The notes under the pieces were generated by a model. It was given only the letters and a program-made list of their open reading frames with translations. It did not search any database and was not told the DNA's origin. A program made the translations under genes and the position numbers. A stretch of 63,804 nucleotides of DNA, filler included, from Candidatus Rokuibacteriota bacterium (GTDB lineage Bacteria; JAUVQV01; DATDCY01), in the NCBI GenBank assembly GCA_031406795.1. It is 5 parts of 5 records of this genome, joined end to end, with 100 filler letters (N's around TTAATTAATTAA, not from the genome) between each part and the next. Parts side by side here need not be neighbours in the genome. Positions count along the whole stretch, not along the records: positions 50,150 to 61,402 come from JANOHV010000204.1; 4 more parts are not named here. One strand, given 5' to 3'. Shown piece by piece: positions 52,884 through 61,502 of this stretch; position 1 is the stretch's first letter, and the number at the start of each line of letters is the position of its first letter.

Positions 52884-53447
52884 CTACTTTCCCTTGCGGA
52901 AGCCGATCTGCATCTTTGACTTGGGCGGAGGGGTCAGGAGTTCTCGGATCGCCTTGAACAGGACTACCAACTGCTGATCATGCGTTGAAAGCTTCCGCTC
53001 CAGCTCTTCGAGCTTACGCCCGAGCTCGCGGTGCGTTGCGAGGATGCTTCGAAGCTTGACGAAGGCGCGTACGACAAGGACGCTCATTTCGATGGCTCTT
53101 GGTGAGTTCAGTACCGAAGCGACCATGATCGCGCCGTGCTCCGTAAACGCAAATGGCGGCTTGCGCTTGCCACCCCATCCGGAACTTGATGTCGCAAATT
53201 GCGACTTCAAGGTTTCGTAGTCCTCTTCAGTGAGTTTGACCAGGAAGTCGGCCGGGAATCGGCCAAAATTTCGACGGACCTGTTCGTTCAGCCGGCGGGT
53301 CTCGACTCCATAGAGGGCCGCAAGGTCAGAATCAAGAAGGACACGATGCCCACGAACCACGATGATCACACCCGCGATCTGCTCCACGGGAACTCGTGTT
53401 CGGAGAGCACCCACTGCGACCCGCTTCGGCTCAGGTTCAATTGGCAT
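52884..53447 (-). CDS. ORF6N (KilA-N-like) DNA-binding protein
   Basis: VLLDSDLAALYGVETRRLNEQVRRN..RFP, AFTEHG..VLNS..A, IGF tail; upstream TTGACA-17-CATATT (53546-53518). Confidence 0.88.
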   Translation of the reverse strand: MPIEPEPKRVAVGALRTRVPVEQIAGVIIVVRGHRVLLDSDLAALYGVETRRLNEQVRRNFGRFPADFLVKLTEEDYETLKSQFATSSSGWGGKRKPPFAFTEHGAIMVASVLNSPRAIEMSVLVVRAFVKLRSILATHRELGRKLEELERKLSTHDQQLVVLFKAIRELLTPPPKSKMQIGFRKGK

Positions 53448-53670
53448 GGAAGACCTCGGAGAAAGATAACCCCGCCCGGGCCTTTCGGCGAGTCGAGCGG
53501 GGAGCAAGAGCGGGTAAAATATGGTGCACTCCGCAACTTCTGTCAATACGAGAAATGGTAATCTTTCTACTGCTTCAGTTACATAGAAGTCTTTCAGACC
53601 TCCCACCTCTCATGACCGCGACTTCGACACGACAACGAGTACTCCAAACGCAACTGGAATACGACCGCAG

Positions 53671-53832
53671 CGGTAACCCTTCAGTGAAGTGATGCAGCTT
53701 TTTCCGTTCGTGGTGAGCCGTGAGCTTGACGAACGGTCGAACCACGAACGGGAAAGAGCCTTCATACAAACGCCCTTCGACGGGCTCAGGGCGAACGGTA
53801 TTGATCTGGCCACCGTTCACTGAAGGGTTACC
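53671..53832. mobile_element. MITE-like element with an internal palindromic repeat
   Basis: 17 bp perfect IR GGTAACCCTTCAGTGAA; CGCAG on both flanks; internal CCGTTCGTGGTGAGC..TCGAACCACGAACGG and CCCTTCGACGGGCTCAGGGCGAACGG. Confidence 0.7.
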
Positions 53833-53892
53833 CGCAGTGAAGCCTCCCCCCGCAGCGCCACCCCCCGTCCAGACGAGTGATCGGTGCCAGCG

Positions 53893-53983
53893 ACGGGAGG
53901 GGGTCAACCCCTCCCCTACGGGTTATCGTTCAGGTCCGCGGAGCGTCGTTCATGTCGTAGGGGCGGGGTTGACCCCCGTCCGT
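53893..53983. repeat. inverted pair of GTAG-type REP sequences (REPIN)
   Basis: CGGGAGGGGGTCAACCCCTCCCCTAC and GTAGGGGCGGGGTTGACCCCCGTCCG. Confidence 0.8.
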
Positions 53984-53984
53984 T

Positions 53985-54848
53985 TCATCGAGAATTCGGG
54001 ACGCCGACTTTCACGAACGTGCCTTCACGGTACTCGCGGAAGGCCGTCTCCAACTCCTCGTCGGTGTTCATGACGATCGGGCCGTACCACGCCACCGGCT
54101 CGCCGAGCGGCCGGCCCGAGAGCAGCAGGTAGCGGCACCCGCGCGGCCCGGCCTCGACGGCTGCGACGCCCCGCCCCTCGAAGAGAACCAGGTGGCCCGC
54201 GGCCACACGGGCGCCGGCGAAGCTGCCCTCCCCTTCGACGACGTAGGCGAGGCAGCGGTGATCAGCCGCGACCGGGTGATCGCAGCCGGCCGCCGGGGCC
54301 GCCGTCACATCGAGGTAACTGACTTCCACCGTGAGGTCCTTGACCGGTCCCCGGACGCCCCCGGCCTCGCCGGCGATCACCTTGGCGCTCACGCCCTTCG
54401 CGAGAGACGCCGCGGGGATACCGGCGGCCTCGATGCCGCGATAGCGCGGGGCGGACATCTTGCTCGCGGCCGGCAGGTTCACCCAGAGCTGGAAGCCCCG
54501 CAGGATGCGGTCGGCGGGCGCCTGCGGCATCTCCTGGTGGATGATCCCGCTGCCGGCGGTCATCCACTGCACGTCCCCGGAGCCGATGGCCCCCGCGTTG
54601 CCGATGCTGTCGCCGTGCTCGACGCTCCCGCGGTCAAGATACGTCACGGTCTCGATGCCGCGGTGGGGGTGCCACGGAAAGCCCTTGACGTAGTCCGCCG
54701 GGTTGTCGCTCCCAAAGTCGTCGAGCAGCAGGAACGGGTCCAGCCGCGGCACCTGCTCGTTCGCGAACACGCGATGCAGCCGGACCCCCGCGCCCTCCAT
54801 GGTCGCCCGGTTCTTCCAGACATCGAGAACCGATCTCTTCGCAGTCAT
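53985..54848 (-). CDS. pirin family protein
   Basis: DPFLLLD, HPHRGIETVTY, QWMTAGSGIIHQE, QLWVNLP, GPIVMNT. Confidence 0.94.
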   Translation of the reverse strand: MTAKRSVLDVWKNRATMEGAGVRLHRVFANEQVPRLDPFLLLDDFGSDNPADYVKGFPWHPHRGIETVTYLDRGSVEHGDSIGNAGAIGSGDVQWMTAGSGIIHQEMPQAPADRILRGFQLWVNLPAASKMSAPRYRGIEAAGIPAASLAKGVSAKVIAGEAGGVRGPVKDLTVEVSYLDVTAAPAAGCDHPVAADHRCLAYVVEGEGSFAGARVAAGHLVLFEGRGVAAVEAGPRGCRYLLLSGRPLGEPVAWYGPIVMNTDEELETAFREYREGTFVKVGVPNSR

Positions 54849-54916
54849 CACACCACCCCCTTGCCCGCTCCGATGCGCGGGCGGCCGCCGACGATTCCGA
54901 CGCGACGGGCGCGGAA

Positions 54917-55729
54917 CTACTTGAAGACCGCCGTCAGGAACCCCTTGAGTTCCTCCCACGAGAGACGGTCGGCCTCGGCGTTGTAGGCGATGGGCATCTG
55001 GAACTTCTTCGCGAACTCGTCGGCCTCGGGATTGGTGAAGCTGTGCTTCGCCCCGGGGTAGTTGATGAAGCGGAAGTCGGCGCCGGCGTCGGCCATCTCC
55101 TTCTTCAGCGCCGCAATCTGCTCGGCGGTGATGAAGGTGTCGTCGGCGCCGTTCATGACCAGCAGCTTCGCCTTGACGCCCCCCGGCTTCGCCGTGAACG
55201 CGGCCCCGAGGCTCCCGTGGAAGCTCGCCACCCCGCGCAAGTCGAGGCCGGCTCGCGCCATGTTCAGCACGACGGCGCCGCCCATGCAGTAGCCGATCGC
55301 CGCGATCCGGGCGGGGTCGGTCTGCGGCTGCGCCTTCAGGTAGTCGAGCGCGGCGAGAAAGCGGCCCTTCATGACCTCGGCGTTCTTCATGACCTCCCCG
55401 GAAAACTTCCCGGCGTCCTCCGGGTGCGCCGCTGTCTTGCCGTCACCGTACATGTCCAGGGCCAGCGCGACGTAGCCGAGTTCGGCGAGCATCCGCGCAC
55501 GCCGGCGGGCGTATTCGGTGTGCCCCCACCACTCGTGCACGACCAGAACGCCGGGACGCTTACCCGCCGCCGCGGCATCCCACGCGAGATACCCCTTGAG
55601 CGTCACCCCGGCCGCGGTGTACTGAACCTCCCGCCCCTCAACCGCCGCCCCCGCCGGTCCGGCGCCGGCACCGATCGTTGCCCACAGCATAACCACAACC
55701 GCACCCACAATCGTCCCTCTGGATCCCAT
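54917..55729 (-). CDS. secreted dienelactone hydrolase family protein
   Basis: HEWWG, GYCMGG, SFHG, HSFT; signal peptide. Confidence 0.92.
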   Translation of the reverse strand: MGSRGTIVGAVVVMLWATIGAGAGPAGAAVEGREVQYTAAGVTLKGYLAWDAAAAGKRPGVLVVHEWWGHTEYARRRARMLAELGYVALALDMYGDGKTAAHPEDAGKFSGEVMKNAEVMKGRFLAALDYLKAQPQTDPARIAAIGYCMGGAVVLNMARAGLDLRGVASFHGSLGAAFTAKPGGVKAKLLVMNGADDTFITAEQIAALKKEMADAGADFRFINYPGAKHSFTNPEADEFAKKFQMPIAYNAEADRLSWEELKGFLTAVFK

Positions 55730-55868
55730 GGCGCACCTCCCGCGCAGTGATTTGACGACGATTCTACGGCGATACCGCTGAAGACGAAAGCCCCGAATTC
55801 GCTGGGATCGCGTCTACCCGCCGCGCGTGATGTTCCCCTTCGGCGCGACTGTCGGTATCATCCCGGCC

Positions 55869-56801
55869 ATGGGCTACACGCGAAGCGCCTCGAGCGGCGA
55901 CGCCGCGCGCATCCGCGCCATCCGCCGGGTGCTCGGGGTCATCCTCGCGCTGAACCTCGCCGTTGCCGCGGCAAAGTACTTCTATGGCGTGGCCAGCGGC
56001 TCGATCGCGATGCAGGCCGACGGCTTCCACTCGCTCTTCGACGGCGCCTCGAACGTGATCGGCCTGATCGGCCTCGCCGTGGCGATCCGCCCGCCGGACC
56101 GCGACCACCCGTACGGGCACGCGAAGTACGAAACCTACGCCGCCGCGGTGATCGGCGCGATGCTGCTGCTCGCGGCCTGGAAGGTCGGTTCCGTGGCGCT
56201 GGGGCGCCTGACCGGCGGCGGGGAGCCCCCCCGCGTCGATGCCGGTTCGTTCGCGGTGATGGTCGCGACGCTGGTCGTGAACATCGGCGTTGCCGCCTGG
56301 GAGCGGCGGATCGGGAAGAAACTGCGCAGTGAGCTGCTCATCGCGGACGCCAGCCACACCGGCAGCGACATCCTCGTCAGCTTCGGGGTGCTCGCCGGGC
56401 TGCTCGCGGTGCGGCTCGGCTTTCCGGCGGCGGACCCGCTGCTGGCGCTGCTCGTCGCGGGAGCGATCGTCTGGACGGCCATCCAGGTGTTGCGGCAGGC
56501 CGACCTGAGCCTCTCGGACACCGCCCGCCTGGCGATCCCGGACGTCTGCGTGGCGGCGCTCGCCGTCCCCGGGGTGCTCGGCTGCCACTCGATCCGCACG
56601 CGCGGGACGGCCGCGGACATCCTCGTCGACCTGCACATCCAGGTGGATCCGGCCAGCAGCGTGGCCGAGGGGCATCGCATCGCCGAGGAGGTGGAGCGGG
56701 CGGTCTGTGCGCGCTTCCCCGAGGTCGCCGACGTCCTCGCGCATCTCGAACCGTACGACGAATACCAGGCGCGCAAGACCGCCGCCGAAAACGGCCACTA
56801 G
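55869..56801 (+). CDS. cation diffusion facilitator transporter
   Basis: ADGFHSLFD, HPYGH.KYE, ADASHTGSD, AHLEP. Confidence 0.92.
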   Translation: MGYTRSASSGDAARIRAIRRVLGVILALNLAVAAAKYFYGVASGSIAMQADGFHSLFDGASNVIGLIGLAVAIRPPDRDHPYGHAKYETYAAAVIGAMLLLAAWKVGSVALGRLTGGGEPPRVDAGSFAVMVATLVVNIGVAAWERRIGKKLRSELLIADASHTGSDILVSFGVLAGLLAVRLGFPAADPLLALLVAGAIVWTAIQVLRQADLSLSDTARLAIPDVCVAALAVPGVLGCHSIRTRGTAADILVDLHIQVDPASSVAEGHRIAEEVERAVCARFPEVADVLAHLEPYDEYQARKTAAENGH

Positions 56802-56847
56802 GACTTCCCGCGCTTCAGCAGCTCGAGCGCCCGGCGGCAAGCCCCGG

Positions 56848-57465
56848 CTACTTCTCTTTCTGCAGGGACGCGATCTTGTCTTCGAGCAGCTTCAAGAGCT
56901 GTTCGAAGGTCCTCTTTTCCAGGTGCTTCCGGAACTGCTTGCGGTAGTTCTTCACCGTGTCGATCTCGTCCACGACGTAGTTCACGATGACCCAGGTGTC
57001 GCCGCGGCGCGCCAGTTCGTAGTCGAGCGAAACCTTCTCCTCGTCGAAGAAGGCGAAGCTCCTGATCACGGCGCTCTCGCCCGTGATCTTCTCGCCGTCG
57101 TACTCGAAGCGGCCCGCTCGGGCGCGCCCCATCTTCTTGACCGAGGAGACGCGCAGCAGCCGCGTGAACACCTCCTTGAAGGTCGTGCACTGGCCGACAG
57201 CGAGCTTCGGGCACAGCGGATCGATCGCCGCGCCGGCCAGCGCCTGGTAGTCGGTGATGGGGTCGATCACCGCGAAGACCTCCCGCTCGACCGCGGCGTC
57301 GACCACGCGGTGCTTCCGATAGATCGCGAGCACCTTCTCGTTCGTGCCCTTCACGACCTCGAGCGGCGTCGCGGCCGCCGCCGGCGTGACATAACAGAAG
57401 AGCACGGCGGCGCCGAACAACCGCCGGGCCGTCTTCAGCCTGCTAAAGCGAGACTTTGCCATCAT
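56848..57465 (-). CDS. MlaC/Ttg2D-like periplasmic lipid-binding protein
   Basis: Signal peptide; LDYEL..WVIVNYVVDEIDTVKNYRKQF pattern. Confidence 0.8.
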   Translation of the reverse strand: MMAKSRFSRLKTARRLFGAAVLFCYVTPAAAATPLEVVKGTNEKVLAIYRKHRVVDAAVEREVFAVIDPITDYQALAGAAIDPLCPKLAVGQCTTFKEVFTRLLRVSSVKKMGRARAGRFEYDGEKITGESAVIRSFAFFDEEKVSLDYELARRGDTWVIVNYVVDEIDTVKNYRKQFRKHLEKRTFEQLLKLLEDKIASLQKEK

Positions 57466-58840
57466 GAACCCACCCGAGATAGAGGTTGACATCGCCGAGG
57501 ACGAAACCCAGCCGCGCCAGCGCGACGTTGAGATCGTACTCCCGCTGAGGCTCCTCGATCCGGAGCCGATAATATTTCTCGTAGGCGTCGATCGCGTCGC
57601 CGACTTCCCCGACGCCGGTCTCCCAGTTGTCGAGGACCAGACGCATCCGGCTCTTGGCGGCCTTCAGTGCGGTTCGGGCGGATGCCAGAAGCAGGTGCGT
57701 GCGCTGGGCCTCGCGCAGCGCTTTGCGCACGTCGATGCCGACCTTGGCGCGCAGCACCTGGAGTTGCTCGAGCAGCGCCCCCTGCTCGGCCCGGGCCTCG
57801 CTGACATCGAGGCCCGTGCGGTACCAGTTGGCGTCCCACTTCAGGCCGATTTCGGCGCCGACGCGCGCGTAGTTGAAATCGTCCTTCACCCACGGATTGT
57901 CCTGCTCGTCGCGGTTCCCCGCGTGCGCGATCCCGACGCCCCCGGCGATGAAAAGCAGCGGATTGCGCGACCGCCGCTGCACTTCGACCTTTGCGGCCAG
58001 CGCCCGCGACGCGGCGGTCATCACCCGCACTTCGGGATGAGCCTCGACCGCCCGGGCGACCACCTCCGCGGTGCGGGTCTCCTCCACCGCGACCGCCGGC
58101 GACGGCTCGTGCACGAGCGCGGGCTCCTCTTCGCCGGGTAGGTTCAGCAGCACGCGCAGGGCATCCGCGGTGGCGCGCCGGGCCTCCTGCGCGTCGAGGA
58201 CCAGGCGATCGATGCTGTAGCTGTTCGTCCTGACCTCGAACAGGTCGGCATCATCGACGCCGGAGTTCTCGTCGGCCACGCGCTTTTCCACCTCGCGCTG
58301 CAGCTCGTCGAAGTCCCGGCGCATGTTGCGGGCGATCGCCTCGCTCACCGCAGCGGCGGCGAACGCCCAGTAGGCTCGCGTCGCGTCGAAGGCGACGCTC
58401 GCCCCGGTCAGGGTGCTCCGCGCGCGCTGGGTGGCGAGACCCTCGCGCGCCAGCGCCGAGGTGGCGTCGAGCCGGCCGAAGGTCCACAGCGGCTGCACCA
58501 GCTTGAGTTCGAGTCGGTAGAACGGGCCGAGGCTGTCCAGATCGCTACTGGAGTCCGCCGAGGAGACGACCGTGCCGCGGGCTTCAGGGACCAGGCCGCC
58601 CGCGAGTTCGAGTTTGACTTCCGGCAGGATCCGCAGAGCCGCCGCCTTGCGCACCCCTTCGCCGGCCTTCGCCACCTCGAAGCCGCCGGCCTTGACCAGG
58701 TGGCTCTCGGCGACCGCCCGCTCCACGACTTCGCGGAGACTGAGCCGGGTCGTCCCGGCGGCGGCCGACGAGGCCGCGAGGGCGCCGCCGAGCAGCGCAA
58801 CGCCCGCGAGCGCCGATATGCGTCCGATCATCACAACCAT
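57443..58840 (-). CDS. TolC-family outer membrane protein
   Basis: Signal peptide; LSLREVVERA, LPEV, QPLWTFGR, two OEP-like repeats. Confidence 0.85.
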   Translation of the reverse strand: MVVMIGRISALAGVALLGGALAASSAAAGTTRLSLREVVERAVAESHLVKAGGFEVAKAGEGVRKAAALRILPEVKLELAGGLVPEARGTVVSSADSSSDLDSLGPFYRLELKLVQPLWTFGRLDATSALAREGLATQRARSTLTGASVAFDATRAYWAFAAAAVSEAIARNMRRDFDELQREVEKRVADENSGVDDADLFEVRTNSYSIDRLVLDAQEARRATADALRVLLNLPGEEEPALVHEPSPAVAVEETRTAEVVARAVEAHPEVRVMTAASRALAAKVEVQRRSRNPLLFIAGGVGIAHAGNRDEQDNPWVKDDFNYARVGAEIGLKWDANWYRTGLDVSEARAEQGALLEQLQVLRAKVGIDVRKALREAQRTHLLLASARTALKAAKSRMRLVLDNWETGVGEVGDAIDAYEKYYRLRIEEPQREYDLNVALARLGFVLGDVNLYLGWVHDGKVSL

Positions 58841-59805
58841 CCCTGGTTACGATACCACGCCAGGGTAGCGGCGACACCACTGGCGAGGTCGATCCGGGAG
58901 CAGTAACCCAGCTCGGCGCGGATGCGTCTATCGTCGCAGACCCACCCCGGCTCCAGGCCTTCGCAGGCCTTGTCCCGCCCGAGCAGGGGCGGCCGCCGGC
59001 CGACCCACGCGGCAGCCTCGCCCGCCAGCCCCAGGAGACGAAAGACGAACCCGGGCACGTGCAGGGCTCGCCCCCCGCCGCACGACGCAAGCAGGGCCCG
59101 GCCGAGATCGGCGACGGTGTGCACCGCCCCGTCCGCGGCGTAGTAGATCCGCCCGTCCGCCGCCGGACCCCCGGCGAGCACCAGCGCCTCGACCAGATCG
59201 TGCACGTGCACCAGTGAAATCTGCATGCACCCCCCCCGGACGCTCGGAAAGAAGCCGCGCGACGCCAGCCTGAACAGCGCCAGGGTCGCCCGATCGCCCG
59301 GACCGTAGACCCAGGGCGGACGGACGATGGTCCACCTCGCCCCCGCGGCGGCTCGCCGCAGCAGCTCCTCGCCGCGCAGCTTGCTCTCTGCGTAGCCGTT
59401 CATCGGCGCGGGCGGGTCATCCTCGCGCGCCGGCCGCGCTGCCGTGCGGGGGCCGGCCACGGCGAGGCTGCTGACCAGAACCAGCTTCGGGGGCGATGGG
59501 GAACCCGCAGCAGCAGCCGCAAGCGCGCCCGTGAGCTCGCCGTTGACGGCCATGAACTCGCCGCGGCTGCGAGCGCTGGTCAGGCCGGCGAGATGGTAGA
59601 CGATGTCGGCCCGGCCGGTGATCGCGCGCAGAACCGCAGGGTCGCGCAGATCGCCGTGCACCAGTTCGACGCCGGGCGTCGAGGCCAGCAAGCCGGCTTT
59701 CGCGGCGCCGCGCACCAGGGCGAGCACCCGCGTGCCGTCGGAAGCGAGCCGAAGCGCGAGCGCCCGTCCAATAAACCCGGACGCGCCAGTCACCGCCGCA
59801 ATCAA
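58831..59805 (-). CDS. extended SDR (NAD-dependent epimerase/reductase); candidate 3-keto-sphingolipid reductase
   Basis: TGASGFIG, HLAG, VSSLAV, YAESK, RPPWVYGPGD. Confidence 0.85.
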   Translation of the reverse strand: MIAAVTGASGFIGRALALRLASDGTRVLALVRGAAKAGLLASTPGVELVHGDLRDPAVLRAITGRADIVYHLAGLTSARSRGEFMAVNGELTGALAAAAAGSPSPPKLVLVSSLAVAGPRTAARPAREDDPPAPMNGYAESKLRGEELLRRAAAGARWTIVRPPWVYGPGDRATLALFRLASRGFFPSVRGGCMQISLVHVHDLVEALVLAGGPAADGRIYYAADGAVHTVADLGRALLASCGGGRALHVPGFVFRLLGLAGEAAAWVGRRPPLLGRDKACEGLEPGWVCDDRRIRAELGYCSRIDLASGVAATLAWYRNQGWL

Positions 59806-59852
59806 AACGCACCCATGAGGACAGACTTGATCATTTTCTCTCGGTCAATGCG

Positions 59853-59979
59853 AGCCGGACGCTCAAAAGGGTTCATATGCAAGGCGCGAGACGATCCGGC
59901 GACTGAGGCGGGCTGGTGCCCGCCGCAGGGAGCCGGGAGGAACGCAACGCCGCAGATGGGCCCTTTTCAGCGCACGGCT
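59853..59979 (+). repeat. structured intergenic repeat, copy D
   Basis: Imperfect terminal IR; same core as copies A-C; abuts the TAG of the SPT gene. Confidence 0.8.
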
Positions 59980-61207
59980 AGACGACGTGGAGCGAGCGGC
60001 CGACGCGTTCGATCTTGTCGAGGGCGATGTCGATCTGCTCGGAGGTGTGCGTGGCCATGAGGCTCAACCGGATGATGCAGTCGCCCTCGGGCACGGCCGG
60101 CGCCACGACGGGGTTGACGAAGATCCCCTCCTTGTCGAGCTCGGCGCACATCTTGAACGCGGTCAGGGTTTCGCCGACCCGCACCGGGATGATCGGCGTC
60201 TCCGAAAGGCCCGTGTCGTAGCCGATGGAACGCAGCCCGTCCCGCATCCGCGTGGTGTTCTCCCAGAGTCGGGCAACGCGCTCGGGTTCGCGCTTCATGA
60301 TCCGCAGCGCGGCCCGGACTGCCTCGACGTTCGAGGGCGGCATGCTGGCGCTGAAGATGAGCGATCGCGCCCGGTGCTTGAGATATTCGATGGTGTCCTC
60401 GTCGGCGGCGAGGAACCCCCCGAGCGAGGCCAGGGACTTGCTGAACGTCCCCATGATGAGGTGGACCTTCTTCTCGAGGCCGAAATGATTGACCGTGCCG
60501 GCGCCACACCGGCCCATGACGCCGATGCCGTGGGCGTCGTCGACCATCAGCGAGGCCCGGTAGCGTTCGCAGAGCTTGATGATCTGGGGCAGCGGGGCGA
60601 TGTCGCCCTCCATGCTGTAGACGCCGTCGACGACGACCAGCTTGCCGATCTCCGGGTCCAGCCCGCGCAGCACGCGCTCGAGGTCTTCCATGTCGTTGTG
60701 GATGAACTTGAGCTTTCTGCCGAAACTGAGCCGGCAGGCATCGATGATGCTCGCGTGGTCCATGCGGTCGGTGATGACATACTCGCCGCGGTCGACCATC
60801 GCGGAGATCGCGCCGAGATTGGCCTGGTACCCCGTCGAAAAGAGGATGGCGCGCGGGGACCCCACCAGTTCGGCGAGTTCTTCCTCGAGCATCCGATGGA
60901 TGTCGAGGCTGCCGTTGAGAAAGCGCGACCCCGAACACCCGGTGCCGTACCGCTCCACGGCTTCGATCGCCGCCTTTTTGACCTCGGGGTGGTTCGTCAG
61001 CCCGAGATAGCAGTTCGAGCCGAACATCAGCAGCCGGCGCCCGTCGATGGTGACGGCGGTGTCCTGGTCGGAGGAGATCTCGCGGAAATACAGGTACATC
61101 CCGACGGACTTGAGCATCCGCGACTCGTGGAAGCGGCTGGCCTTGGCTTTGAGGGGCAGAATTTCGGCTGACCCCGCGTGCGACTTCTTGAATTTCGTCT
61201 CGGACAT
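59978..61207 (-). CDS. spt: serine palmitoyltransferase (alpha-oxoamine synthase), Bacteroidota-like type
   Basis: YFREISSDQDT, MFGSNCYLGLTNHP, GSRFLNG, DHASI, VDDAH, MGTFSKSLAS, FVNPVV.PA, SLMATH. Confidence 0.8.
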   Translation of the reverse strand: MSETKFKKSHAGSAEILPLKAKASRFHESRMLKSVGMYLYFREISSDQDTAVTIDGRRLLMFGSNCYLGLTNHPEVKKAAIEAVERYGTGCSGSRFLNGSLDIHRMLEEELAELVGSPRAILFSTGYQANLGAISAMVDRGEYVITDRMDHASIIDACRLSFGRKLKFIHNDMEDLERVLRGLDPEIGKLVVVDGVYSMEGDIAPLPQIIKLCERYRASLMVDDAHGIGVMGRCGAGTVNHFGLEKKVHLIMGTFSKSLASLGGFLAADEDTIEYLKHRARSLIFSASMPPSNVEAVRAALRIMKREPERVARLWENTTRMRDGLRSIGYDTGLSETPIIPVRVGETLTAFKMCAELDKEGIFVNPVVAPAVPEGDCIIRLSLMATHTSEQIDIALDKIERVGRSLHVV

Positions 61208-61216
61208 GGTTTGGGG

Positions 61217-61244
61217 ATTATACTGATTTCAATCGCTAATGCAA
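61217..61244 (-). promoter_or_regulatory. sigma70-type promoter of spt
   Basis: TTGCAT-16 nt-TATAAT, ATG 9 nt downstream, no SD. Confidence 0.65.
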
Positions 61245-61263
61245 GCGCGCCCCGGGCCAAACC

Positions 61264-61402
61264 CACGGCTACGTCAAAGTCCGTCGGTCTCCCGAGGCGG
61301 CTCGGCGAGCAATGGTGGCACCCACGGGCCCAACCGTACGGCTACGGGGCTGATCCGGGTTGCGAGAGGGGTGCAAGAACGCGGCAGCGGGTGCCTGAGG
61401 GC
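61264..61402 (-). mobile_element. second copy of the multicopy element end (probable IS110/IS1111)
   Basis: Identical to 14802-14939; ends the contig. Confidence 0.65.
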
Positions 61403-61502
61403 NNNNNNNNNNNNNNNNNNNNNNNNNNNNNNNNNNNNNNNNNNNNTTAATTAATTAANNNNNNNNNNNNNNNNNNNNNNNNNNNNNNNNNNNNNNNNNN
61501 NN
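61403..61502. other. artificial contig linker
   Basis: N-run with TTAATTAATTAA. Confidence 0.98.

Noticed and set aside
52012-53670. Integron cassette array
   Set aside because: No attC-like sites between genes and no integrase; the genes overlap or are fused.
59978-61207. BioF, KBL or HemA assignment for the oxoamine synthase
   Set aside because: The GTFSKS motif and overall blocks fit SPT better, and there are no bio, tdh or hem neighbours; not fully excluded without a tree.
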